The notes under the pieces are model-generated. The model worked only from the letters and a program-made list of their open reading frames with translations, did no database searches and was not told the origin of the DNA. DNA of 62,270 nucleotides, the filler included, from Dugesia japonica (lineage: Eukaryota), in assembly GCA_001938525.1 (NCBI GenBank). It is 7 parts of 7 records of this genome, joined end to end, with 100 filler letters (N's around TTAATTAATTAA, not from the genome) between each part and the next. Parts side by side here need not be neighbours in the genome. Positions count along the whole stretch, not along the records: positions 8,555 to 18,213 come from MQRL01554416.1; positions 18,314 to 26,853 come from MQRL01619870.1; 5 more parts are not named here. One strand, 5' to 3'. Within the stretch, counting starts at the first letter, position 1. Every line of letters begins with the position of its first letter. Shown here piece by piece: positions 12,810 through 26,953 of this stretch. Both the position numbers and the translations under genes were made by a program.

Positions 12810-14117
12810 TTGTCACACGAAGCGTATTTCTTAAATCAAATAAATCGATATTTGAGAATTGCAGTGTAAACTAATCGAATCAAAATATTGGAAATAAAAT
12901 ATTGGAAAGATTTGGATGGTTAATTAAAGATGATAAATTTCTTCCCCCTGAATTGTATAAGGTTCTTAAAGTGGTTGGTTCAGAACCATCCAAGTTGTAT
13001 GGTCTTTCTAAAGTCCATAAGAGTAATGTTCCTATAAAACATGTGTTATCTATGATACACATAACTCAGATTAATCTTGTTAAGTTTTTAGATAAGAAAA
13101 TTAAGCCTTTAATCGACCACAAGGATAGCTTTGATTTTTTAAATTTTATTTCTAACTCTGAAGCTGTTAGTAGTTCTGAATATATGGTATATTCTGATGT
13201 TGCTAGTTTATTTATAAATGTTTCATTAGAGGAAACTATTATTCTTTGTTGTATATTATGGAAAAAACTTGTCTTAGCATGATTTATTAAGTGTAATTGA
13301 TTTTTTAGAGCTTTAGACTATTGCTACGTTTAATGTACATTTTGTTTAATGATGAATGGTACAAACAAAGTTGATGGAGTTACTATGGGTTCATCTCTTG
13401 CACCTACACTAGCTTCTTTATTTTTGTCAAAATATTGAGGAAAATATTGATTTGTTTATTGGAAATAAGCCGCTAGTGTATAAACGCTATGTGGATGATA
13501 TATTTCTGGTTTTTAGCAACCAAATAGATATTGACCAATTCATAAACTATATGCATTTGTTACATAGCAACATTAGATTCACTACAGAAATGGAATGAAA
13601 ATCTAAACTTTCTTTCCTTGACTTATTAATAGAAAAAAAGTCTAAACATTATGAAACAGAGATTTATCACAAACCAACGAATACAGGCTTGTATACATCT
13701 GGTAATTTTTGTGAATCTCGTTATAAGTATAATATGATTAAAGGAATGTTGTATAGATCATGGAATCTTTACTTTTCATACTTGAAGTCTTGTGCTAATA
13801 TTCAAAGTTTAACATCTTTACTAAATAAAAAGGATTATTGTAAATCAATTGTGGAGAAATTAAATCGTGAAACAATTGATAAAATCGTTCATAAAAATAA
13901 TGAAATTAAAGATGTTACTAATAATGATAATAATTTAAACTGTGAAAATATTATCAAAGACCCAGATAAAATAGATAAGTNTAGTTACGTATTAACTGTT
14001 CTGTATTCGGAAGGATTTAAACAATTTAAGAGTGAATTGTTAAAATATAGAAATGTCTCTTTGAATTTGAAAATCGGTAATAAATTTGGAACACTTCTAG
14101 TTAAATCTAATTTTTAA
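12810..14117 (+). mobile_element. Penelope-like element reverse transcriptase remnant
   Basis: Motifs LYGLSKVHK, DVASLFINV, DGVTMGSSLAP, YKRYVDDIF, SFLDLLI and YHKPT, with frameshifts. Confidence 0.9.
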
Positions 14118-15289
14118 CACTAAACTTAAATGCAAATACTATTTAAATATATTTTTTAGGTCTAAAATAAATTCCCTATTGATTACATTAATCTGTTATA
14201 TATAAAGATTGTAAATAAATCATAATTATGTTTTTTATTTCTTATTTATTTCAATAATAATTGTTTGTATGAAAAAATTAGTTTTTGTTGAAGTGTTAAT
14301 AAATAGATAATTTTACCAAACATTCATATTAAAGAAATAGAAATGTGAAAATTTTGGTCATCAGAACAAGTCGCTTGTACAATTTATTTATATCGTATAG
14401 AAATTTATTCTACTTTTATACGAAAGCACATTCACATCGAAAAATAAAATCTTGCAAAATACCTAATTTACATAATTGAAAACTATATTTTATTAATTTG
14501 CTATTACTACATACGCTGTCCGTATTTTGATAATTCCATCATATTTTCATTTTTTTTTAATTAGTTAGTGAATTTTTCATCCCTTTCATGCTGTGTTAGT
14601 GTTCAACTATACTTTAATCAATAATTGAAAATGTGCTCCTTTTATTATTTCTAATGTGATTACTAACAAACATACTAAATGGAAATATAATAATGAAATT
14701 TTAATTAATTTTCTAAGTTGAATATGAAATATTTCCAATTTTTGTGACAATATTTTATTTATTTTTAGAAACTAGAACTAATTTTTAAATTCTTATTTTC
14801 AATAAAATATAACCAATGCAAAATTAGTAATAATAATCGAATTCTAAAATAACACACTGCATTCTTTAAGAATCCCTTCTCTAAACCATTCATCTCACTG
14901 TGTAACTTAATTACAAATAAACATAATATTGTTTCATACATTTCAATTTTAATTTAATAAATGAAAGAAGTTCATATTGGAAGATTTCAATTTTATTTTG
15001 AATAAAATGATATTTACACATCTAATTAAATGTGTTTTGGAAGCTATCCATTTGTTTGGTTATTATAAAATAGTTTCTCACTGACATGTTTAGATTTATG
15101 ATTAAAACTTATATATTAAACCAGAGATCCTCCTCGGGTTTAGCAAAAACATTTTTGACAGTGTGAGTTAACACTTTCGAATCAATTATATATTATTAGA
15201 ATAATTATATATTAAAATAATATTAACATAAATATAAATAAAAATTTTATTTTATTTAATATAACAAAATAATATAAAAAAGACTTTAA

Positions 15290-15760
15290 AAATAAAACTT
15301 TTTCTCAAGAAAATGAAATTCCTTATAATAAAATTTGATCAGTTTGAACTGATAGTGCTTAATCCATACTCAGAAAAAAAAACTAAATACAAAGATCAAT
15401 CACTGCATTCTGCATGTACTTATGAGTAAGATGTTACCACTAAATTTAAAAGTAACATTATCCTGTGCAATAAGCGTTGTAAATTTAATTCGAAGATTAT
15501 TTTGTTTATTATGTAAAGAAATGAGATTTGATAATGAAACCTTACTTTATAAAGAATTTAGATGGCTTTCAAGAGGCTGAATGTTATCATGAGTATTCGC
15601 ATTAAAAGAAAAAATAATAAATGAGAAATGTCATAATACAGAAATTGACAAACATAATTTTTGGTTTAAGATCAACTTGTTTAGCTGATAGTTCTAGTTA
15701 TCGAAAGGACTTAAAATGACCAATGCAAATAAACTAAACTCAATTAAAAAAATTAAATCC
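15290..15760 (+). pseudogene. hAT (Buster-like) transposase remnant
   Basis: LLYKEFRWLSRG motif. Confidence 0.65.
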
Positions 15761-15824
15761 ATTCATNAAAACAAGAATAATTTTAATAACAAGATCAACA
15801 TTTTTTATTGTTCACCGTTTTAAA

Positions 15825-15868
15825 ATTTTGCCTGATGACAGTTAATCTGTCGAAACACGCTGCCGAAA
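15825..15868 (+). ncRNA. Degenerate minimal hammerhead ribozyme motif
   Basis: CTGATGA-CAG TTAAT CTG TC-GAAACACG. Confidence 0.45.
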
Positions 15869-16249
15869 AGCATTTCTTTTAATGGTGTTCTTTATTATTT
15901 TTTTAAAAAAATGCAATACTTTCTTCACTTTTTAGATATTTTATATTTTGCTATTTAAACGATTCTATTAAACGCACGTATCATAAATAGAAGAGGAAAT
16001 AATTAGAAAATAACAATACTGGAATACAAGAAATATCTCAATATACTCATGTATTCATAATATCAGCATTCAAATATATCGAACAATTAACCAAATAAAT
16101 TTCATTTGTAAATATACAGACATACCAATAATATACTTCAATCATTTAATAATTCATTCACTTAATTTAGATAATTTTCATTCTTTATCTATAATAATAA
16201 ACACTAAAGTCCGGAATTCGGATCTCTGACAAGAAATTATTATGTATTC

Positions 16250-16460
16250 ATAATTGTTTAAAAAATTTGATCGTGTTTTCTGTTTTTGCATTTCAAGACA
16301 TATTTTTATCCTAGATAAAACATAAGTATCATTATGAAGTTCACCTTTTCGATATTTAATGTACAAAGAAAATTTATCCAATTTCAAAAGTGAACATTAT
16401 GAGTGCTTTGTGATCTATTTGTTAAATTAAACTTTTGTTAAATGATGTTTAAGATGTAAG
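16250..16460 (-). pseudogene. Gypsy RNase H C-terminal fragment
   Basis: DHKAL...YIKYRKGELHNDTYVLSR. Confidence 0.6.
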
Positions 16461-19354
16461 NNNNNNNNNNNNNNNNNNNNNNNNNNNNNNNNNNNNNNNN
16501 NNNNNNNNNNTTTCTATTAGATGAATATTGTTTTATGTGGTTGAACAATGAATGCAAAAAAACATTTAATAAGGTTGTTGAATTAATTTAGAAAAAGTTT
16601 GTTTGTTAATAGTTATGAATCATTGATGATTCATTGAAATTTGTCAAACCTGGAGAAATCCTTATAAACACGAAGTCTCGAAATCAACGTGGCCATCTTG
16701 GTGACTCTACCTAAACGTCATTTATCATCACGTGTGAAAAGTTATAAATAAGTTCATGCAGGAAATATGATTTGAATTATTATATTACTTATTATTCTAA
16801 ACTCTTTTTCAGTAGTATTCATTCTAATTTTGTTTTATAACTAAAAATCATTCACTTAATTTCATTTCTTCATTTCAACCTCTAATGTAGACTATAATAG
16901 GAAATTCGGATCTTCGACAAGAAATTAAAAATAATTTTAATATAGACTTTCCAAAATACTGAAAATTCAACTTTTATTTCAACCAACAAAATATTTAGAT
17001 CAATCAATATGTTAACACCCATAATAATTATTTTAAAAAATATTTAAATTCAACTTATAAATTATTTTTCTACCCGCAATAAAGTTATTTATTATTTTTT
17101 TGAGTAAATATGGATCAGCAATCAAGAAAGAAATATGATAAATCCAATATAAAATAAAATTCAAGAAAAGCTTTTGAACAAGAAACTGATTTGACAGATG
17201 ACGTCGTTAATTTGAATCTATCGTATAATTTCCTTATCGGGTTTTATAATTTTGTCGATATATTCATCGACACAGCATATTCAATAAGATAAAAGATCCA
17301 TTTCTTAAACTTTGTTCTAACTTAATTCTGATAAGGTATATTTTGTTGATTCAATTTAAGCATGTGAGTAATGGATTATTAATTTATCCAAATCGTTTGC
17401 AATTGCAAATATTCAATTTGTACGCATGATTGAATTAACTATGATTTGCTTGTTTCTTGGTTGACATGTTATAAAATTAAGAATATCGATATGTTAAATA
17501 AATAAAATAACGTACGCATCACATAAAGAAGGTGAGATAATTAGATAACGATATTGAAATACAAGAAATCCACATACTCGCATTCATAGAACAATCAATC
17601 ACATAAGGTACATAATACAAATTCATTCAAATATAAGTTCAAATTAATTTTAAAGAAGTTATATATTAATTTAACTTAACATTATTTAATTTTGGAATTT
17701 CTAGGATAATTATTTACAATTTAAATTTGATATAAGTTTTGTATATTGGAAACTTGTTAAGAAATTTTCTTCTTGAAATAGTTAAATTTACTCACAAATG
17801 TTATTTTTTTTAAAAATTGTCAATATTTCAGATAAAGAAAATATTTTTTTCAACTTTTAATTCGATTATGAACACATATATTGATTGAATAACAACGTCG
17901 TTTCTATGAATAATTTATTTCAATTATTACGAATATTTCATTTAATTAAAATAGTAACGAAATAATTACAAAATCGCACGATTAATTTCTTTTTTTTCAA
18001 AAATCAATTAAATCAAATTTGTACTTAGAAGTTTAATAAAATTTATTTTCTGTCACAGGAAAAACAGGTTCCAGCTGTTCAAATTCAAACACAAGCAATA
18101 AAAAAACTTCAATTAATTTAATTTACTTTTACATACACCAAGTTCTGTTTTTACGTGAATTTGATTTAATACGATTCAAAAAATTCAAATTTTTACGCGA
18201 TTTGATTTGATTTNNNNNNNNNNNNNNNNNNNNNNNNNNNNNNNNNNNNNNNNNNNNTTAATTAATTAANNNNNNNNNNNNNNNNNNNNNNNNNNNNNNN
18301 NNNNNNNNNNNNNTTTTCGATTAAGTCCTTTCAAATTTTTTTAGAATAATCTGCCCTTGAAAAGTTTTCAAACATTAAATCGGCAAATTAACACTTAAAA
18401 TCAGGTAGCAGTTTTTGAATTCCTGCTAGTTGATATCGTCCCGACATGCGATCTACGATGCCAAGCCATAGGGTTTCCAGTCTGAAAAATGGTTTTGTTT
18501 ATCGTGATGTATTAATATGTGTAGTTTCCAGGTATGTTTTACACATTCTTAGTTTTTTGTATAAGTTAGAATTCGTAAATCTTGTTCACCAATTAACATT
18601 TATCTTGAAATCTAATATTATATATTTTTATTTCTTTTATGTATGAAATTGAATGCATTCACAGCGACTTTTCTCTAATTATGACCTGCTGGGATTACCT
18701 TAGCTAGAAGATTTTAATGTTTAAAGTTTAGTAGTAAAAGATTTCTCTCACGGCTCTTACTAAAGATCCATTTAAATATTAATTTAAATATTAATTTGAT
18801 AAAAATTCAATACTTTTAATTTATCACTCAAAACTTTCGAGGATGTTTAGTTGTTAAAATTTATGTTGTTTATATTATTCAAATTGAATTCATTTCAATT
18901 TCATATGAAACCATTTAAAAGCAACCATTGCATTTTTCAGTTTTCTTAATAATTAAAACAATTATATATTGACTAAATCTGAAATGAAATCACAATTCAA
19001 AATTAATTAGAAAATAGTAATTCGTTTTTAAGAAATCAAATGAGACATTAACGGTTTGGTAAGGAAAAATTTTGCTATCCGTTTGATTTGATCAATTCCA
19101 TATTTTATTACAATTTTTAGGCATTTCTTCCAGTTATAAATCAAGCTTAATAATATAATTTCTCAGATTATGTATGACTGATAATGGCACATCTTTCAAG
19201 TATCTCATTCTAATTTTGTTGTAGCCCAGTAATTATTTTTAATTACAGTTGTCTCGATATTTGAAACTTAGATTTTCAGAAAAATTTTATTGATTTTTTA
19301 AAATTTTTTACAGATTTTACTAGCAATCTNTTAATACAAAATAAATATGAATAT

Positions 19355-20060
19355 TAGGCTGATGCATAAATCCGTAGCGTTTGTTTTAAAAAGCAACTGT
19401 TATTTAAAATAAAATATTGCTAGGCATGTGCTAAAGTTATCTTAATACCATTTTTTTGTTTAAAGAAATTATTTTTGAGATTTTGAATTGGATATTAGTT
19501 TCAATATAATTATTAATAATTATATAATTATTATATAATTATAATATAATTAAGTTTATCAAACCATATAGAAATACTTCTTATTGGTTAATTTTTTGGA
19601 ATTCCAAAACCGGTGGAATCCAATTGGTGGTTCTTAAAACTCTTGTAACCTTCTTCTTGATAAAGTTACAACAGCTTAGATTTTCGGTGTTCGTTGGTTA
19701 AGGAGCGCAGAAAAAATTTAGCAGATTCATTTGTTTTTTTGAAATCTACGTGTAAAATTACTTAGATTTTTGTTTGCTGGCCATTAAAGGTTCTTCCATC
19801 ATTCTCAATGACACACAAATATTGTATATCACGAAATACGAAACTTTTTCTATAATTTCCTGTGATTGACCTTCTCATATGCTCATCGTTTTCCAATGAA
19901 TATCTACCTTCCAAGAAACGTCTGTGCCGCAAAAATATTTGACCTGCTTAAACAAAGATTATGGTAGACTTGATACATCAATTGGAATGTTTCAGAAGCA
20001 CTTTTCACAAGTTTGGCATTAAATTTGAAAACAGCTTTTTGTTCCATCTTTAATTATAAA
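19355..20060 (-). mobile_element. mariner remnant
   Basis: TA-TTAGGCTGATGCATAA TIR and N-terminus MEQKAVFKFNAKLVKSASETFQLM. Confidence 0.7.
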
Positions 20061-21270
20061 TATGAGTATTTCCATTTGATTATATATGTCCACTGGGAGC
20101 TTAGATATGATGTTAATCTTAAAACTCAATTGGCACACAGTGTAATCTTCTGATAAACAAATTTAATGTTTAATTTATATAACTTAGAACCCAATATTCC
20201 ACCAGGAATAAATCTTTATTCGAAAGTTACACTATTCCATTAAATAAATGAATGATTTTAACACAATTCTTTGGTTAACACGTGTGATTAATAATCGATA
20301 AAATTAATTGTAGCTCATAAAATATTGAAAGAAATATATAGAAAAAAATATAAAATAATTTTTGAAAAATAAAATAATAAAAGCATATATTTTCAGCTAA
20401 ACAAAATATCTAATTTGGATAATTACTTTTTGGGGTTTTATTATTTAATGATAGATTTATTTGTTACTTAATCTACAAAAATATGTCCAGAAATTAATTT
20501 CACCAATCATAATCATTAATTTTTGATAGATTGCTTTTAGTCTCCGCCATAATTATGTTTGATGAACAAGATAAATTAATTACCTATTTTATGTCTCGCA
20601 TTTATTGTGATAACAGGCGTTCATCTTTGTTATTAATTATTAAATGAATTTAATAAAAAAACTTTAAAATTTTTTTTTGGGTAACAATAATCACTTATGA
20701 CTTCATATTCTATCACAATGCTTTTATTCATTATTTTTTAGACCAAACCAAATTTAATTAATAAATAGATGTAGTGGAATAACTAAACATTAGTAAAAAC
20801 CATGAACAAATTACAGCAATTAAAGAGAAATCAAAATCAATTATGAAAATCAAATTTAATATTCCAATAAATCAAATATTAAGCTAATTATTTAACCATT
20901 TAGTAATAAAATAAATGATATTCTTGGAATAAAAATATAATTTACAAAAAATTCAAATCATTTTACAAATTGAAATGAATTTTAAAATTATACTCAACAA
21001 ATCAAAAATGGGTACGGAAAAGAATGTATATACCATAATAAATACAAATAGTTAGAACTAATATTGCCAATTTTCTAAAATCAATTCCATTAATTTACCA
21101 TTTATTGTATTTATTCGTTTTATTTGAAAACCGAATAAACAAATCAGAAAGGTCAAATAAAAATATCCCAGAATAATCCAATTCTAGTTTATCCAATTGA
21201 AAAAAAAANNNNNNNNNNNNNNNNNNNNNNNNNNNNNNNNNNNNNNNNNNNNNNNNNNNNNNNNNNNNNN

Positions 21271-21701
21271 CAGTGGCGTAGCCAGGAATATATGAATTTT
21301 TAAAATTTTTTGTCAAAATTTTTGTTTTCGTTTACTAACATAAAACCACAAAGACGCCAAGTATTAAATTATGACGTCATTAGCTGATTCTTTAAAGTAC
21401 GGAAACAACGTATGGGACATCAGAAAAAAATAAATAATTATAGTGTAATGAGAGTACAGAGTACAGACAAATTATTACTGTATTACAGTATTACTGTAAA
21501 TAAATTACTACAATAATAATAATAATAAAAAAGGGTATAAAGTAGGAAAAACAATTTTTATATAACAATTGTTTTCTTTTTCTATTATTTAAGTGAATGA
21601 CCTTTTTATAGGCACATGAAGTCGCATCAAAAAATGAAAATTTTTTTTCATACGCCAAGTAGGGGTTTTAACTCCCNAAACCCCCTTTGGCTACGCCACT
21701 G
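21271..21701. mobile_element. MITE (hAT-like)
   Basis: Perfect 14-bp TIR CAGTGGCGTAGCCA. Confidence 0.85.
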
Positions 21702-22500
21702 ATTCAGAGAGGTTAAACAGAATTTGAAAGCACCTACAAAACTATATAAATTAGTAGGTACTTTATTTGTTCAATAATCAGATAATAAAATTAATTCAAT
21801 TCAGAACAATTTCTAGACAAACGCTGAAATCAATAAAGCAGAAAACTCGGATTATAAATTTTTAACAGTGAGTCAATTAATTCTCAATAAATTAAAAAGA
21901 CAATTAAATTAACACCAACAGGATGTTTCTTTTTTATAATGTTTTTGTTTTTTAAATGCACTTTGGACCATAAAAGCTTTTGTCTTGATTTTTGTAACTG
22001 GATACTCAAAGTTGCTTGTGTTTTGAATATTATTATTGGATTGTGCTTGAGTTGCGATTTTTATATTGTATTTTGCATGCTTTGGCTACATTTCTTGTTA
22101 ATCATAGGCAATGTAATTACTGTTTTTGTTTTATTTTATTAAATTTTATTTTATATAGGAAGATAAATTTTTGATACAATTTTATTTGGATAGCTGTTAT
22201 TTAGAAATATATTATTTATCAATATGAGAAAAGTCAATTTCATTTCTTCACTTGAAAATAGTCTTTCGGCTCTAATTCTTATACTTTTAATTACACCAGT
22301 TTTCAGTCTTATGGTAGGATTGCTACTACAAATTAATATACATCTACTATAAAATGGTTTTATATATCATTGATTGTTAATATTTCACTAGGTTTTTTTT
22401 GGATTATAATATCTGCGGAAAATATGAAAGTCTATCGAATTCTCTAAAGTGAATGTAAAGTTTACATTAACATTATTATTATCTAGAATATTCTTTAAAG

Positions 22501-22787
22501 CAATGTTTTTTAACGTTTTTGTTAAATGGACCCCTTTTAAAAATTTTTAGAAATCGCGGACCCTCTCTTACAATGTGTAAAACAAAAATTAATTTATAGC
22601 TTCCACAACTCGTTTTACAATCAATGGGTAGGTTTTCTCACAGAAGACCAAAACGCTCCAAGTGTTTGTGAATCGAATCATATGTTTTGAAATTTATGAA
22701 TTAAAATTTAAATTGAAGTAGGCGGACCCAAAAATATTCACCCATAAACCCCTAAGGGGTCCATGGACCACAGTTTAAGAAATTCTA
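22501..22787. mobile_element. hAT MITE
   Basis: Degenerate TIRs, GGACCC motifs and a near-TSD CTTTAAAG/CTCTAAAG. Confidence 0.6.
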
Positions 22788-24999
22788 CTCTAAAGGATAA
22801 TTAATAGTGAAAAAATATATTCTATTTATTTAAACCATATATGAACTTTTTTGTTTGCTTTAAGAATTATTTGTTTTTCAATAAAGTCCATAAAAGCTGT
22901 GGCCAAAATAGAAGACAAATTATTATTCATTGTCTTGTTTTAAAAAGTTAATCAATTATGAAGATGCTATCAAAAAAAAAACATGAAAATCTCAATGATA
23001 TTGTATGTGGTTTCTTTGAAAGATACAAAGAACATACAGATATTCAAGAGATTACCAAAGACGATTTCAAATGCATCATTAGTGTATTTCTCTGAATCTT
23101 TTAAGTAAAAAACCGTTTTAAACTATGGTCATCAAGAATAATTAATTATTTAATTAATGTTACTGAAAATCTAAATCTTGATAAAACCCTAGATATTATC
23201 TATCAACAATTTTTATTATTAAATTAAAAAATACCAGACAACCGTATCTTCGTATGAAATTTATTAATATGAAACTTGATTTAAAAAATTAACAATTAAT
23301 AACTGGAGTTAACATTAATATGAAGTGCACAGTTGATTATATTCTAAATCAGTGCTCCACAGTCTATTCCCACTCATGACACACTAAGGCACTTTGTTAT
23401 ATTTGTGGACATCAACAGTATAATTCCATAAAAGGGATTTTTGATTATTTATATAAAATATACCACAAATATTACCATATTTATAAAGTTTTCTTATTTA
23501 TTTCACATATATATGTTAGTGTATTAACATACTAACAAACAAAATTCTTTAAACTCGAACCATAAATTATTTTTGTTGAATCAAGTACCCAACCAACGAC
23601 GGATCCAGGAATTTTTCATTGGGGGGCGATAGAAAAATAATTACGTCATTTATTATTTAATCAACGAGGAATGAAATTTTTAGTTTAAATAAAGTGAGAC
23701 TAATGATTTTTTGTTTACATTTACTAAAATTAATTTTTAATTAATTTTCACGGAAATCCAGTAGAAAAGTCAATTATGTTTAAATATTTAATTTTTTTAA
23801 ATAATAAAATTAAATATTTTCAAAATGAAGAAATTTAACTAAGGCTCAGAGGAGTACCTAGTTTGTTTGGCGCCTGGGGACAAGATTCATATTTTGCGTA
23901 CCCCCTCCCCACTGAAAAATTAAGAGTCATCCAATGTAATGGCTACTAAAGTAAAGACTAAAGAAGAAACTGATGCAGACGAAACATGTGATTAGTCAAG
24001 AAAGAAGTAATACAAACGAAATACTATATCCAAATAAGCTGTATGTTTCTGGTCATAGGTTACGAAATTCATAGACTAGGTTTTGCAATATTAAATTCAC
24101 ACAATAATATTGATAGTGCATAACAAAAATGTGACTGCAAATGAGTGACGAATCTTGATAGATATTATATTAAAAAGATACAAAAAATGCACAATACAAA
24201 TATTTCAAATCCCATTTTGGCGCCNNNNNNNNNNNNNNNNNNNNNNNNNNNNNNNNNNNNNNNNNNNNNNNNNNNNNNNNNNNNNTTTTTTTAATTTTTA
24301 TTAGTGTTGAAAATTTCAAAAATTTAATTTTCTTCGACCAAATTTTTCGATTTTACTTTCTTCAGGATTTGTGTTTAAAAAAATTGAATAAAATCAATCA
24401 CAACTCTCAAAAAAGATAAACTTAAACATTTGGTTAAGCAAGTTAAATTTTTGAAAATTTTAACCTTACTAAAAGTTTTTAGAAAACATTTTTTGATCTA
24501 AACCTTAGTTTATTTTCTTAATTTTGAAAATATTTAATTTTATTCAGAGATCAATGGTCAAACATTTTTAAAAAGTGAATAATTACCAAAAAATAAACTT
24601 ATACAATAAACAAATTTTTTTTTAAATAATTCAAATTTTCATGGGAACCCAGGTGAACAGTCCAAGCTTTTCAAAATTAATTTTCTTGCTCAGATTTTAA
24701 ATACTTTTATACTAATATGTTAAGAATTCGACGGGGTCATTTTTGGTTTTTTCAATATTTTATATAGATTTTTCGAAAAATAAAAAGTATTTCATATTTT
24801 ATCATCAATCCATTTATTCAATAGAGAATTTTATACTGAGTAAGAATAATACGGGTAAAAATCGCAGAAACGTATTTCCAAGGAAATAAATGAAAATAAC
24901 AATAAAAACTAACAAGTATAATTTCTATATGAGGTTAGTTTTTATTATAAAATTTATTTAATTTATCATTTTAGCATTTAATATTTTTACAGAATACTA

Positions 25000-26450
25000 A
25001 ATAGATACTAAATTACTAACGTACTATCGTTCGCACAACGCAACTTTAACTCAGAACCATAACAGCTTATTTTTCAAGTTTTTTCAACAGTCTAAACTTA
25101 TCATATTTACTCTTCAACCCGTATCGAGAAGACACTCCATCTGCTTTCCATTAATTTGTACAGATACACTAAGTTTACTCTAAAATATGTTGTTCTCAAT
25201 GAATGGTTACTCACTCTTCTCGAAAACATTTATCAAATTCAAAATCATTTCCTCTTCAAATGATTCTCTACGAAAAAATCTAAAAACTTTTTTACCTATC
25301 AACTCAACACCTTCCAAACTTTCCACTCTCTGAAGATATTCTGCCAAACTGTTTTCTAATATATGAATCCAACTAGATCCTCTATTGTTGAAGCTCTCTC
25401 TTTTGGGAAAAATTTATTCTTTTGAATTTTGTTTAATTCTGCGACTTCGTCCAGAATCATTTCTTTCTAAACTCCATTCAACTGTCTACACTTATTATCT
25501 CGACTCTTCATCTTAAATTTCCTCTCATTTATTCCACAATAAAACAAGTTTTAATTAATAATTAGTATAAATTTTATCTAATTTCAGGCCATATTTTCCT
25601 TTATTTACATATCTATTTCTCAATTCCTAGCTCCTGCAACTAATATGACCTCTCAAATCACACCGAAAACATTGTATCAGCTNNNNNNNNNNNNNNNNNN
25701 NNNNNNNNNNNNNNNNNNNNNNNNNNNNNNNNNNNNNNNNNNNNNNNNNNNNNNNNNNNNNNNNNNNNNNNNNNNNNNNNNNNNNNNNNNNNNNNNNNNN
25801 NNNNNNNNNNNNNNNNNNNNNNNNNNNNNNNNNNNNNNNNNNNNNNNNNNNNNNNNNNNNNNNTTTTCCAATGACTACATTAACAAACTTCACACTGCAA
25901 TAACTGAATCTTGTTCTCTACTTTGTTAAACAATTTTAATGTTTCCTTAATATTATTCACGCTATCCAGTTTGCGCAATAGTATTTTTCATTCAGTTCTT
26001 TTATTCCCTAAATAATGAATTAGAATTTTTCCTGTAAGATTCTTTTTCGTAAATATCTTATTCTGAAACAAATTACCAACTAGAATTTACACTTTATTTA
26101 TATATACTTCAATAACTTCATCTAACCTTTTGTATTCCAGTACAGTCCGTAAATCTCATGAAATATCTTTTCCTATGGTAAAAGCTAACCTTAATCGTAC
26201 TTAGAATCATTTTGCTTTTTTAAAATTGGCTACATATTTCTCACTATATCCTTATCATTCAAACATGTTATTAATCTTTCTTGTTCTTTTTTTGTTCGTG
26301 ATTCTTTCCCATTCAAAATAAAAGTTGCATGTTCTTATAAATTTTTCTATTTCTCTATTTCTTCCAAAGGTTTCAGGCATTAACCGGTCCGTATTGACCG
26401 CTACCATACATANNTANATACTGGTGCAACATCAAAGGACGAAATTTTCA
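25000..26450 (-). pseudogene. Gypsy gag-region remnant
   Basis: Zinc-knuckle relics CFRCDLRGHIS and CFYCG. Confidence 0.55.
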
Positions 26451-26953
26451 TAACTAAAGATATATTCATAAAAATAAAATTAAATAAACTGTTACCAGAT
26501 TAAAAAAAATGTCTAAAATACACTTACAGAAGAAGATAAATAAAAATTACAAATATTAATAAATTTTCAATCGCTAAATCTTGTATTTTAAAATCTGTTA
26601 CAATCAAAATCCAATATTATGTCAAAATTATATGTATTCAATTTAATTGCAAATCGACTTAATTCTAAACACCAATACAAATCTAAATACAATTACGAGT
26701 ACAAATACCAATTATAAAAAATTTAAAATAAGCTATTAATTACAAATCCTCACAAATATAGTCAATGAAGTGGTCAGATATATTCATTAAAAAATTATGT
26801 TATTTAGTAATAAAGAAGATATTTTCATATTTAGAAAATGATTATTACTGGCCNNNNNNNNNNNNNNNNNNNNNNNNNNNNNNNNNNNNNNNNNNNNTTA
26901 ATTAATTAANNNNNNNNNNNNNNNNNNNNNNNNNNNNNNNNNNNNNNNNNNNN